Below, in pieces: positions 1 through 12,231 of a stretch of 64,000 nucleotides of DNA. The DNA is from Pseudomonadales bacterium (GTDB taxonomy: Bacteria; Pseudomonadota; Gammaproteobacteria; Pseudomonadales; UBA7239), in contig JAWLAB010000003.1 of assembly GCA_041395665.1 (NCBI GenBank), forward strand, positions 312,173 through 376,172. The letters run 5' to 3'. Below the pieces are notes generated by a model. It made no database searches, was not told the DNA's origin, and saw nothing but the letters and a program-made list of their open reading frames with translations. How positions within the stretch are numbered: the stretch's first letter is position 1; every line of letters begins with the position of its first letter. A program made the translations under genes and the position numbers.

Positions 1-1159
<1,159 letters not shown>

Positions 1160-1163
<4 letters not shown>

Positions 1164-2998
1164 AAGCGCTATTAAGAACTTTATTTGTTTTACCTTGGCA
1201 CGCCTTGAGTTGGCTGCGCGGCGCATTAGCCAACCTCATTTTATTCTTCTTCCTTGCAGCAATAATTTACACACTGCTACACGATGAAAGTAAAGTCGCA
1301 CTCAAAGACAACACCATTCTTTATGTGCAGCCCGGTAGATCTATTGTTGAACAACGCAGCTACGACGATTCATTGAGCTCACTGCTACAGACAAGCGATG
1401 AAGTCATTCCTGCAGAAAGTGTTTTGCACGAAATGGTATCTGCCATTCGCTTGGCGCAGCATGACAAACACATCAAAGGCATCGTGATACAAACCGATTG
1501 GCTAGAAACAGCCGACCTCAGCAAACTCAATACATTGAGACAAGCCATCAACACTTTCAAGGAAAGTAAAAAGCCAGTGATTGCGATTGGCGACAACTTC
1601 AACCAAGGCCAATATTTACTTGCTAGCGCGGCGGATAAAATTTACCTCAACCCGATGGGTAGCGTGCAGCTATACGGATTTAGTGCTTACCAAAGCTATC
1701 TCAAAGACTTGTTGGATTCTTTATTTGTTAATGTGCATGTTTTTCGAGCAGGGCAATTCAAATCATTTGTCGAGCCATTTGTGCGTAATGATATGTCGCC
1801 AGAAGCACGAGAAAATCTTACACAGTGGATGAATGAACAATGGAATTTTTATCGCACAGCGATTGAGCAACAGAGAAAACTAGCCCCCAACAGCATCGAC
1901 AATTTCATCAATCAACAAGATGTACTGCTCATACAAAATAACAATAACGCCGCATTGTTAGCAAAAAACTATGGCTTAGTGGATGAAATCGCCACACGGC
2001 AAGATTCAAAAAAAGCAGTGGAAGCCATGGCAGGCAATAAAGAGCCAGAAACCATGGACGCCTCTGATTACTACCATTTAACTGTTGAGCGAAAAAAAGC
2101 CGAGCAGTTGTTAGATAAAACCAAACGCATTGCTGTTATTCAGGCCAGCGGCGAGATTGTTGAAGGCTACCAACCTGCGGGTATCGTCGGCTCAGAGACA
2201 CTGGTATCACTCATCCGCGAAGCGCGTGAAGATGAAAAAACGGCTGCCATTGTCTTGCGTATCGACAGCCCTGGCGGCAGCGCTTTTGCTTCAGAATTGA
2301 TTCGCGATGAGCTCGCTGCCACACAAAAAGAAGGCAAGCCGGTGATTGCTTCCATGGGCGGCGTTGCGGCATCAGGCGGCTATTGGATCGCAGCTAGCGC
2401 CAATGAAATCTGGGCATCCCCCACCACCATTACTGGCTCCATTGGCGTCTTTGGCGTGATTCCAACTTTAGAGAACACTTTGAGCAAAATCGGTGTACAC
2501 AGCGACGGCTACAGCACCTCGGCACTGGGTGAAGCGGCACAATTAGATCGCCCAATGAATCCAATGGCAGCGCGCGTTTTACAACAAGGCGTTGAATTCA
2601 CTTATCAACATTTTTTGCAATTAGTAGCTCAAGGCCGTAAGCGGACACCCGCTGAAATTGATCAAGTTGCACAAGGGCGTGTTTGGACTGGCGCGCACGC
2701 AAAAACTATCGGCCTCGTCGACCAACTCGGTGAGTTGGATGATGCCATTGCCGCCGCTGCGCGTTTGGCGAAGCTCGACAAATACGAGCCAGACTTTATT
2801 CAACCAGAGCTAAGCCCTTGGGATGCATTCAAACAAGAACTATTTAATAGCACCCTCTTCTCATCGCCAATGCTCACGCGTGTGGCGCAAGTGCTAGTTA
2901 ATCTGCCAGCGTTGCAACAAATAAAAACACTGTCGCAATTTAACGATTCCAATCATATTTATGTGCGCTGTTTGGAGTGTCGAGCTCCGATTCGCTAA
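1160..2998 (+). CDS. sppA: signal peptide peptidase SppA (protease IV, 67K type)
   Basis: 612 aa with an N-terminal TM segment. Two ClpP/crotonase-like halves; the second carries the GGVAASGGYWIA serine motif. Confidence 0.85.
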
Positions 2999-3973
2999 TC
3001 AGCGAATTGGTAAGTGGATATGAGAAAACAGCGCTGCGCGTTCAGCGCTGTTATTGGCGCGGCACGCTTCTATCACCAAAGCTTTATCCAAGTGCGGTGC
3101 AAATGCCGCGATAAAATCATAAAGATAGCCGCGAATAAATTTTCCGCGTCGCAGCCCCAAACGCGTCACGCTCGATTCAAATAAGTGGCTTACATCTAAA
3201 GCAGTCAAATCACAGTCACTGGCTTCGTCATACGCCATGTGCGCAATAATGCCTATACCTAAACCAAGACGCACATAGGTTTTAATTACATCCGCATCCG
3301 TCGCTGTAAACACCACTTTGGGCTCAAGATTTTTTTGCAAAAACGCCGCATCCTGTTTCGATCGTCCTGTAAAACCAGAGACATAAGTGACGATAGGGTA
3401 TTTTGCAATTTCTTCCAGTGTTAATGATGGAACTTGGCACAACGGGTGATTTTTAGGCAGCAAAACACAGCGATTCCAGCGATAACAAGGCAGCGTAACC
3501 AATTCAGAAAACTGCTCCATGGCCTCCGTCGCAATCACTACATCCACTTCACCACTGGCCGCCATCTGCGCGATTTGCGTGGGCGTGCCTTGGTGAATAT
3601 GCATCGCAATATCAGGATAGCGCTGTACAAAACCTTGAATCACCGCTGGTAAGGCATAACGCGCCTGCGTATGCGTTGCAGCAATACTAAAACTGCCTTT
3701 TTCTGGCGCATTCATCTCTTGCGCAATCTGACGCAGGCTGTCCGTGCGACGCAGAATATCCTCCGCCATCTGCAATACAGCTTCGCCCGCTTCCGTGATA
3801 TGCGTAAGATGTTTTCCATTGCGCGAAAAAATTTCTACGCCGAGTTCATCTTCCAGTAACCGAATTTGCTTGCTGATTCCCGGCTGCGAAATATACAAAC
3901 TCTGTGCAGCCGAAGAGATATTCAAACCTTGGCGCGCAACCTCACAGATATAACGCAGTTGTTGCAACTTCAT
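2999..3973 (-). CDS. cysB: LysR-family transcriptional regulator CysB
   Basis: Start trimmed to the ATG at 3973 (MKLQQLRYICEVARQGLNISSAAQSLYISQPGISKQIRLLEDELG), giving 324 aa as in CysB. The longer ORF to 4060 would overlap the upstream gene. Confidence 0.8.
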   Translation of the reverse strand: MKLQQLRYICEVARQGLNISSAAQSLYISQPGISKQIRLLEDELGVEIFSRNGKHLTHITEAGEAVLQMAEDILRRTDSLRQIAQEMNAPEKGSFSIAATHTQARYALPAVIQGFVQRYPDIAMHIHQGTPTQIAQMAASGEVDVVIATEAMEQFSELVTLPCYRWNRCVLLPKNHPLCQVPSLTLEEIAKYPIVTYVSGFTGRSKQDAAFLQKNLEPKVVFTATDADVIKTYVRLGLGIGIIAHMAYDEASDCDLTALDVSHLFESSVTRLGLRRGKFIRGYLYDFIAAFAPHLDKALVIEACRANNSAERAALFSHIHLPIR

Positions 3974-3987
3974 ACTATAAGCCTGCG

Positions 3988-4896
3988 TCAGTGTTTCACT
4001 TCGTTTGCCACACCATGCGGCACATGGCCTGTAGGCACATGTTGCGATGCGGATTGACAATGCCCCTGCTGATCATCAAAAAACACATCCGCACCGTAAG
4101 CTTTCAAAAACTCACCCTTATCTAAACCGCCGAGAAACAGTGATTCATCAATACGAATTTGCCATGCGCGCAGCGTGCGTATCACACGCTCATGTGCTGG
4201 CGCAGAACGCGCTGTAACAAGAGCTGTGCGAATCGGGCAGGCATCACCACTAAACTCTGCTTGCAATGTTTGTAAAGTTTGTAAAAAGGGCTTGAAAGGG
4301 CCACCACTCAAAGGCTCATGTGCAGCAGCTTTTTCGCTAGCTGCAAATGCATCCAAGCCGCGTGTTTTGAAAACGCGTTCTGCTTCATCAGAAAACAACA
4401 CAGCATCACCGTCAAACGCAAAACGAATTTCACTGGCATCCGTGTTTGATTTGGATGATCGCAACAAGGTCGCCGCTGCCAAGTTATTTTCTAAGGCCAT
4501 GCGCACATCATCGGCTTCTGTCGATAAAAATAAATGGCAACCAAACGCGGTGGCATAAGGGTAAGGTGAATGCCCACCGCAAAATGCAGCGCGCACGATG
4601 GGCAAGTTGTAATGTTGAATCGAATTAAAAATACGCAAACCGGTATCTGCGGTATTGCGTGATAACAAAATCACTTCTACGCGCGGCTCACCACCCAACA
4701 ATTGATTGATGCCGAGCAGTTTTTTTACCAAGGGAAAAGCATCCCCAGGCTGTAGTGGATTGTCTTCGTTTGCCACTTGGTGCGCTGCGTACGCTGCCAA
4801 GCCTTCCTGTTCGTAGATAGCGTGACTGGCATCCAAATCAAATAACGCACGCGAAGAAATGGCGATCACCAATTTATTGCCAAACCTTTTCGACAT
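3988..4896 (-). CDS. 5'-nucleotidase family protein (bacterial cN-I-like)
   Basis: 302 aa. Family resemblance (LVIAISSRALFDLD..., C-terminal FFDDQ) recognised by eye only. Confidence 0.55.
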   Translation of the reverse strand: MSKRFGNKLVIAISSRALFDLDASHAIYEQEGLAAYAAHQVANEDNPLQPGDAFPLVKKLLGINQLLGGEPRVEVILLSRNTADTGLRIFNSIQHYNLPIVRAAFCGGHSPYPYATAFGCHLFLSTEADDVRMALENNLAAATLLRSSKSNTDASEIRFAFDGDAVLFSDEAERVFKTRGLDAFAASEKAAAHEPLSGGPFKPFLQTLQTLQAEFSGDACPIRTALVTARSAPAHERVIRTLRAWQIRIDESLFLGGLDKGEFLKAYGADVFFDDQQGHCQSASQHVPTGHVPHGVANEVKH

Positions 4897-4974
4897 AGCG
4901 GCACTCCAACAGTCAACACTCGTCAGTCTAGCAGCAACTCGCTATGATAAAAGCTCACCACGGATCGCCTCTGC

Positions 4975-6063
4975 ATGAAAACTCGCGCCATCATCAACAC
5001 CCAAGCCCTCACACATAATCTCGGTGTTGTGCGTGCATTTGCGCCTCATTGCCGCGTGCTCGCCGTTGTCAAAGCCAACGCTTACGGGCATGGCGTTACC
5101 GGTTTACTGCCCTCGTTGCAGCAACACGCGGATGCACTGGCCGTCGCCCGTTTAGAAGAAGCGCAACAGTTGCGTGATACACACTATCAAGGCCGTTTGA
5201 TGTTGATGTGCGGCGTTAGCAACAACGCAGAATTATCAGAAGCCATCGCACTGCAATTAGATATAGTGGTGCACGACCCCAAGCATTTATCACTATTCGC
5301 AGATTACGCTTATCACGCACCGCAACCGACAACGCTGTGGTTAAAAATGGATAGCGGCATGCACCGCCTCGGTTTTATGCCACAAGAATACGCCAGCGCT
5401 TTTCAAATATTAAAATCGCTGCCTTGGTGCAAAGAAATCATTGGCATGACGCATTTTTCTTGTGCCGATGAATCTAAAAAAAACGCACCTGAAAAAAACA
5501 CCACGCAACAACAAATCGATTGTTACGAACATTACACACAGCATTTGATGTTGGATGATCACAGTCTTGCTAACTCTGCCGCCATCATGGCGCACCCTGC
5601 TGCGCATCACGGTTGGTTGCGCCCCGGTTTGATGATGTACGGTATCAGCCCTTTAGAAAATACTGCGCACAATTTGCAAGTGGTGATGCAACTGCAAGCG
5701 CAAGTGATCGGTACGCGCACGATTCCAGCAGGTGAAGCGACCGGCTACAACCAACGCTGGCGCGCAAAGAGAGAATCGCATCTCGCTTTAATTTCTGCAG
5801 GCTATGCCGATGGCTACCCCATCACTGCACTCAATCAAAGCGTTGTCGCAGTAGATGGTGTGCGCGCGCCCGTTGTAGGTCGCGTTTCGATGGACACTAT
5901 CGCCATTGATTGCACAGATTTAGCAGAGAAACCCGTCGTCGGCAGTTATGTCGAACTGTGGGGCAATACCATTAGCGTTAACGAAGTGGCAGCAGCGGCT
6001 GGCAGCATTTCTTACCAATTACTCACCGCTGTTTCTTCGCGCGTGCCGAGAATTTATTGCTAA
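4975..6063 (+). CDS. alr: alanine racemase
   Basis: 362 aa with the PLP-lysine motif VVKANAYGHG near the N-terminus. Length is typical. Confidence 0.85.
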   Translation: MKTRAIINTQALTHNLGVVRAFAPHCRVLAVVKANAYGHGVTGLLPSLQQHADALAVARLEEAQQLRDTHYQGRLMLMCGVSNNAELSEAIALQLDIVVHDPKHLSLFADYAYHAPQPTTLWLKMDSGMHRLGFMPQEYASAFQILKSLPWCKEIIGMTHFSCADESKKNAPEKNTTQQQIDCYEHYTQHLMLDDHSLANSAAIMAHPAAHHGWLRPGLMMYGISPLENTAHNLQVVMQLQAQVIGTRTIPAGEATGYNQRWRAKRESHLALISAGYADGYPITALNQSVVAVDGVRAPVVGRVSMDTIAIDCTDLAEKPVVGSYVELWGNTISVNEVAAAAGSISYQLLTAVSSRVPRIYC

Positions 6064-6087
6064 GAGATAAGGCAGGACAAAACCGCA

Positions 6088-6651
6088 ATGAGATATTTAG
6101 TTATTTTTATTCTTTCACTCACCGCGCTAAATGCAAAAAGTGAGATATATAAAGTTGTTGACAAGCAGACAGGGAAAATCACATACACCAATCAAGAGCC
6201 TTTTGATAAATCATCAAAAAATATTGAAGCCATTCCAGAAAAATCAACCAACTCACTGAGTCAAGGAAGTAATTCTTACTCGGCAGAAAACACAACTTCA
6301 ACCAACGTCTACTCTCGCTCCACCACTAGCGCCGAAGAAGCGTTTGCATCCAGACTGAGCAATGTGCAAATCACTGGAGAAGGCACTGTTAAAAAACTGC
6401 TTCCACAAGACAACAATGGCAGCAGGCATCAAAAATTTGTGCTGCAGCTTTCATCAGGCCAAACCTTACTCGTAGCACACAATATTGATTTAGCACCTGA
6501 AATTGCCAATCTATCCGTCGGTGACAGAGTTTCTTTTTTTGGTTAGTATGAGTGGAATGAAAAAGACGGCGTCATCCACTGGACGCATCACGATCCAGAT
6601 GGATCACATATCGCAGGCTGGCTGCGTCACAGAGGCAGAACCTACCAGTAA
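6088..6651 (+). pseudogene. DUF3465 family secreted protein interrupted by an in-frame TAG at 6544-6546
   Basis: Signal-peptide-like N-terminus. The conserved block GSRHQKFVLQLSSGQTLLVAHNIDLAP...GDRVSFFG is followed by TAG. The same frame then reads YEWNEKDGVIHWTHHDPDGSHIAGWLRHRGRTYQ and ends at TAA 6649-6651. Confidence 0.7.
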
Positions 6652-6660
6652 TTCAGTTCT

Positions 6661-7866
6661 CTACGAAGCCTGCCGCACCGTACACCGAATCCCACCAGGC
6701 GCTTCAATCAACCCAGCACATTGATTGCAGTGCGTGCAGCCATTGATGTAGTTGGCATCGGCTTGTGCGTTTTTGACAAAATCTGGATCAAACAATAAGC
6801 CGCGACCGAGCTGAATAAAATCAAAACCGCCGTCCATCACACGCGCGATACTTTCATTGCTCGACACGCCGCCCACATAACAAACTTGGCCTTTTTTAAC
6901 GGCATCGCGCACACGCAGCGCGTTTTCCAACAAATAAGTTTCGTGATACGGATAATAACGAAACAATTTGGGGCCGATCATTTTCAAGCCCACTTTCATC
7001 AAGGGATTTTTTTCATGCTCGATCAGCCCAGGCTGAATACTGTCACCATGAAACAACAACATTGGGTTCATTGAGCTCGTGCCATCACTGGGAATAATGC
7101 AATCCAAACTAGCATCATCAAGCATTTTGATCATTTCTAAGGATTGCTCGTAAGTGGTGCCGCCTTTCACGCCATCGGACATACTTATTTTCCCTAACAA
7201 CGGAAAATCATTGCCCACCGCTTTGCGCACGGCTGCTAAAACTTCCAACGGAAAACGCATGCGATTGGCAACGCTGCCGCCGTATTCATCGCTGCGGCGA
7301 TTGGTGATCGGCGACATAAATTGGCTCAAACCGTAGCCGTGACCAAAATGCACTTCGATGGCATCAAAACCAACCGACTTCATAAATGCCGCTGCACGCG
7401 CCATCACCTGCACCCGCTCACGAATTTGCGGGCGCGTCATACCGACGCACAATAGTTTGCCGTAAGCCATGCCCAATAAGTTCGGACCAATGGATGCACT
7501 TTTGACGACCCAACCATCCAGCTCGCTATTTTTTGACATTGCTCCTGCATGCGACAGCTGACCGCACACCGCTGTGCCCGTGGTTTTAATCGTGGCAACC
7601 ATTTGTGACAAAGGTTCGCGCACATATTCATCCATGTACATCATATCGGCGTGCAAGCGGCCATTATTTTCTGCCGCGCAGTAAGCGATATTTGTCATCG
7701 CCGTGCCGCCTTCACCGATGCGGCGATGCAATTCTGTCAACGCCGGTGACGGCAAACCGTGCGGTGTTTTTCCCTCAAAAGTTCCTGCTTTAATGATGCG
7801 ATTGCGCAGTGTGAGACCATTTAATTGCGCGGATGAAAAACACTTCTCTAATGCAGCCTGCGTCAT
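6661..7866 (-). CDS. NADH:flavin oxidoreductase (Old Yellow Enzyme / 2,4-dienoyl-CoA reductase N-domain family)
   Basis: 401 aa with a TIM-barrel OYE-like pattern (FDAIEVHFGHGYGLSQFMSP, RRSDEYGGS). Confidence 0.7.
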   Translation of the reverse strand: MTQAALEKCFSSAQLNGLTLRNRIIKAGTFEGKTPHGLPSPALTELHRRIGEGGTAMTNIAYCAAENNGRLHADMMYMDEYVREPLSQMVATIKTTGTAVCGQLSHAGAMSKNSELDGWVVKSASIGPNLLGMAYGKLLCVGMTRPQIRERVQVMARAAAFMKSVGFDAIEVHFGHGYGLSQFMSPITNRRSDEYGGSVANRMRFPLEVLAAVRKAVGNDFPLLGKISMSDGVKGGTTYEQSLEMIKMLDDASLDCIIPSDGTSSMNPMLLFHGDSIQPGLIEHEKNPLMKVGLKMIGPKLFRYYPYHETYLLENALRVRDAVKKGQVCYVGGVSSNESIARVMDGGFDFIQLGRGLLFDPDFVKNAQADANYINGCTHCNQCAGLIEAPGGIRCTVRQAS

Positions 7867-7900
7867 TTTTTTATCCTCGTGATAATTCCATTATTTCTAT

Positions 7901-9818
7901 TTAACTGGCTTCCTGTTCCAGTTGTTCTTGCAATGTAAACCATTCCACTTCATGCGCTTCTATGTTTTGTCGAATACTCGCCTGCTCTAACAACAAAGCC
8001 TGCAAACGGTTTTTCTGCTCAACTTCATATAGTGCCGAATCAGCAAGCTGCGCGTCAATAGCAGATAACTGCGTTTGCAATTGGGCAATCTGCTTTTCCA
8101 ACTGACCGGCTTTTTTACGCACCGCTGCTAGTTTTTCACGCGCCTGCGCTGATTGCTGTCGCTGTGCCTTGCGATCCACCGGAGGTTCTTTGGCGGCCTT
8201 ATTTTGCCCTTGCGTTGCTGAGGATGCAGTTTTAGATGCAGCACCCGAAGATTCACGCTGCAACGTAATGTGATAGTCCTCTAGCGTGCCATCAAACTCC
8301 TCGACTCGCCCATCATGCACGCGCCAAAACTCATCCACGCTGTTGCGCAATAAATGTCGATCATGCGAAATCACCACCAAAGCACCGTTATAGCCCAACA
8401 AGGCTTCCGTTAATGCTTCACGCATTTCCAAATCCAAATGGTTGGTGGGCTCATCCAACAGTAATAAATTAGGCCGTTGCCACACCACCATTGCCAAGGC
8501 CAAACGCGCTTTTTCACCGCCAGAAAAGGGCGTGATCGGTTCAAGTGCTTTATCACCATGAAAATCAAAACTGCCGAGAAAATTACGGATAACTTGTTCC
8601 GTGGCATTCGGTGAAATACGCTGAATATGCAGCAGCGCACTTGGCATTGATATCCAAAGCTTCTAATTGATGCTGTGCAAAATAGCCAATAGCAAGATGC
8701 TCACCGGCGACACGATCGCCCTGCTGTAACGCCAAATCACCAACCAAGGCCTTAATCAGCGTGGACTTACCCGCGCCGTTGACACCGAGCAAACCGATGC
8801 GTGAGCCTGGCTGCAAATTCACATGCACTTTGTTTAACAAAGGCTTATCACCGTAGCCAATATCTGCATCACGCAAAATTAACAAAGGTGATGAGATTTT
8901 ATCGCTATCGCGAAATTGAAAATGAAACGGAGAATCCACATGCGCAGGGCTAATACGCTCCATGCGTTCCAATTCTTTCAAACGACTTTGCGCCTGTTTG
9001 GCTTTTGATGCTTTAGCACGAAAACGACGCACAAAATCTTCAATTTCTGCAACGCGGCGCTGCTTCTTATCAAAAGTGTCTTGCTTCTCATCAAGACGAA
9101 TCACACGCATTTTTTCAAAAGCAGAATAATTACCACGATAACTGTTCAGCTGCTGTTGCTCGATATGCACGATATCGCCGACCACATTGTCTAAAAAATC
9201 GCGGTCGTGAGAAATAATCAACAAAGTGCCAGGGTACGCTCTCAACCACTGCTCTAACCACAAAGTGGCTTCAAGGTCTAAGTGGTTTGTCGGCTCGTCG
9301 AGCAGCAATAAATCTGACTGCGAAATCAAGGCTTGCGCGAGATTTAAACGAATACGCCAACCACCCGAAAAACTATGCACAGGCAAGTTGCATTGCGCTT
9401 GCACAAAGCCTAAACCGTGCAGCAATTGTTCAGCGCGATACTCGGCATCGTAGCCGTGCAACACTTCCAAATCGGCATACGCATGCGCCAGTTTATCGTT
9501 ATCGCCATCGCGTTCAGCTTGCGCAATTTCCTGTTGCACGCGACGCAACACCACATCGCCATCCAACACATAATCAATCGCCGAACGATCACTGGATGAC
9601 ACTTCTTGTGCCATGTGTGCAATGCGCCAATTGGGTGGAATTGAAAATGATCCCGCATCCACTTGCATTGAACCCAGCAACAAGGAAAACAAGCTCGATT
9701 TGCCGCAACCGTTGCGCCCTGTGACGCCGACATGCCGCCCAGGGTTAATGGTGAGCGATGCGTTTTCCAGCAGGCACTGCGTACCGCGTTGCAGCGTAAT
9801 GTTTGAAAGTACGATCAT
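7901..9818 (-). pseudogene. ABC-F family ATPase (YheS-like), split by a 1-nt frameshift near 8642
   Basis: Two ORFs (8583-9818 and 7901-8647) together give two ABC cassettes (Walker A GRNGCGKSS and GVNGAGKST, two LSGG-type signatures) plus a C-terminal coiled coil. The junction reads DINA | SALLHIQ. Total length 1918 nt = 3n+1. Confidence 0.8.
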
Positions 9819-9838
9819 TATTGGCCTGCACAAAAAGA

Positions 9839-12208
9839 CTACTGAATACAGTGCGCATTGTATCTTTCTGCACGCCAAAAATACGCTCTGACGCACAGGG
9901 CATTTTCAATCTGGACACCTGCCGCCGTTAAACGCACCGTCACTGCCCCCACTTCTGCCGTATTGATTTGCTGCATACCAAACTCTTGATAACGCCGACT
10001 GATCAGCGCAGCAGGATGATGAAAGCGATTTTTATAGCCAGCGCTTACCACAACAGTATCGGCATTTACTGCACGCAAAAACGCTGCAGTGGATGAGGTT
10101 TTGCTGCCGTGGTGCGGCGCTATCAACACATCGGATTTCAAGTCCACACGGCTATCCAATAACGCTGCTTCAGCCTGTTTTTCAATATCGCCAGTCAATA
10201 AGATTTTTTTACCGCCTGCCGTTATTTGAATAACGCAACTGTTGTCATTTTTTTCACGGGAAACACTGTTTGCCTCAATAGGATACAACACACGAAAATC
10301 AACACCATCCCAACGCCAATGCATCCCCGCGTTGCAAGGTAAATACTGTTCACTTTCCAATTTATCTGGTGTTCCAGACCACTTTTGTTTAGTGGGTATT
10401 TCTGCCAGTAAACCATTGCGACCACCAGCGTGATCACTGTCCGCATGACTGATCACCAACATATCAATGATGGAAACTCGTGCATTGCGCAAAGCGGTGG
10501 CGACAATGTCCCTACCCGCATCAAAGCGTTCCGAATGTTTATCGCCCGTGTCGTACACCATGACATGACGCGCGGTGCGCGCCACAATTGCCAAGCCCTG
10601 CCCTACATCTAACACGCGCACCTCTACTTCGCCTTGAGGAAGTTTTACATCCACTGGAAAAATTAATGGCAAACACAAGAGTAAAGAAAACTTTCGCAGC
10701 GGTGTTTCTTTTGGCATAAAACACATCACGCCCAAGCCTATGACAGACAGCGATGCAGCCACCAAAGAAATACCGCCCATATCCCACTGTTTATCATCAA
10801 AACACTGCAAAATGCCTTGCATCGCATACCAGTAAATATCGAGCGTCCAACCAGACACTTGCAAGAAAAAATTGGCGCACGCATCAGAAATTGGCATGAG
10901 GAGCAATGCCACAAAAGCAAATGGCAAAGAAAGGAAACTAACCCAAGGCACCGCCAGCATATTTAATGGCAAAGACAATATCGAGACTCTGCTGTAAACA
11001 AACAGCAAAACTGGCACCATCATCACAAACATAATGGCTTGAATACGGAATGGCTCGCGCACATAACGCCGCCAAAAAGATGAAGTATTTATTGCTGCTT
11101 GACTGCTCGCTAGCAGAAGGATTGCTGTCGCTGCATAAGTAAACCAAAAACTGCTAGACAGCATACTCAGCGGATTAACTATCACCACCAACAACAACGA
11201 CATCAAGAAAATAAATGAAACCCTAAACTTCCCATAAAAAAGCCTTTGCAAAACAGCAACACAAACCATGATGAGAGAACGCTGTGTCGCCACAGAAAAC
11301 CCAGTAATCAAGGCATAAAAAACAGCAAAACCTAAAGACACCACACTCGCCCAATGCTCTGCCGGCCAATAGCGCACGGGAAACACTATCCAACAAACAA
11401 GGCGTTTACATACCGCATGAAACAGCAATACAACCAATACAATATGCAAACCAGAAACTGACAGTAGATGAATGGTTCCACTATCGCGCAAAACCTGCCA
11501 TTGCGTGCTATCAATATCCGCATAATTACCAATCAATAAAGCGGATACTGTACTGCTGGCATACGGACTTAAATTGGCTTGATTGATTGCTGCAGCAATA
11601 GTTTGACGCAGTTTCAAAAAAATATTGGGCTCACTGGGAATGCATTCATCAATCGATTTTACATACCCAGTTGCACGATACTCTTCTTGCAACAGCCATG
11701 CTTGGTAATCGTACTGCCCTGTATTGAGCAAACCACGCGGCGACTTTAATTTGACACGCAAGCGATACACACAAGAAAAATTAGGGAAATTTTCTTGCTC
11801 TTGATTCCTCAACGACAAACGCACTTTTCCGTGCAATTCATTGGCGTAAAAATCAAATTGCCAGCCGTCATTGGATGGGCGAGCAAAATCCATCATTCGC
11901 CCAGTAATCTGTAACACACTCCCTTCATCATCCTTCTGCAACCACTGAGTGACTGCATGCTGGCCACAGTATGCAGTCCATGCAAAACCTAGAAAAAACC
12001 AGCCCATTAAACACAACCAGCGCCAGCGCATCACCACTAAAGCACCACCAAACAATGCAAAAATGACAATCCATAACTGAGATAGCCACATTGTTCGAAA
12101 TAGCGCTGCCAAAGCACCCAAAACAAAGACAACCGTGAGCATAGAAAGTGAGACAGGATAGCCATCCTGCTTAAACGCAGTGAAACTGAACACAATGAAA
12201 CCCTCCAT
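9839..12208 (-). CDS. comEC: DNA internalization competence protein ComEC/Rec2
   Basis: 789 aa. Polytopic competence domain plus a C-terminal metallo-beta-lactamase domain (ISHADSDHAGG). Confidence 0.8.
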   Translation of the reverse strand: MEGFIVFSFTAFKQDGYPVSLSMLTVVFVLGALAALFRTMWLSQLWIVIFALFGGALVVMRWRWLCLMGWFFLGFAWTAYCGQHAVTQWLQKDDEGSVLQITGRMMDFARPSNDGWQFDFYANELHGKVRLSLRNQEQENFPNFSCVYRLRVKLKSPRGLLNTGQYDYQAWLLQEEYRATGYVKSIDECIPSEPNIFLKLRQTIAAAINQANLSPYASSTVSALLIGNYADIDSTQWQVLRDSGTIHLLSVSGLHIVLVVLLFHAVCKRLVCWIVFPVRYWPAEHWASVVSLGFAVFYALITGFSVATQRSLIMVCVAVLQRLFYGKFRVSFIFLMSLLLVVIVNPLSMLSSSFWFTYAATAILLLASSQAAINTSSFWRRYVREPFRIQAIMFVMMVPVLLFVYSRVSILSLPLNMLAVPWVSFLSLPFAFVALLLMPISDACANFFLQVSGWTLDIYWYAMQGILQCFDDKQWDMGGISLVAASLSVIGLGVMCFMPKETPLRKFSLLLCLPLIFPVDVKLPQGEVEVRVLDVGQGLAIVARTARHVMVYDTGDKHSERFDAGRDIVATALRNARVSIIDMLVISHADSDHAGGRNGLLAEIPTKQKWSGTPDKLESEQYLPCNAGMHWRWDGVDFRVLYPIEANSVSREKNDNSCVIQITAGGKKILLTGDIEKQAEAALLDSRVDLKSDVLIAPHHGSKTSSTAAFLRAVNADTVVVSAGYKNRFHHPAALISRRYQEFGMQQINTAEVGAVTVRLTAAGVQIENALCVRAYFWRAERYNAHCIQ

Positions 12209-12231
12209 GGTTTCTGTGGTTTTATGATGTA

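Noticed and set aside
3974-4060. N-terminal extension of the cysB ORF, which would overlap the 3' end of the 5'-nucleotidase gene.
   Set aside because: The CysB HTH begins at the internal ATG (3973), which gives the canonical 324 aa. The extension has no homology-like content.
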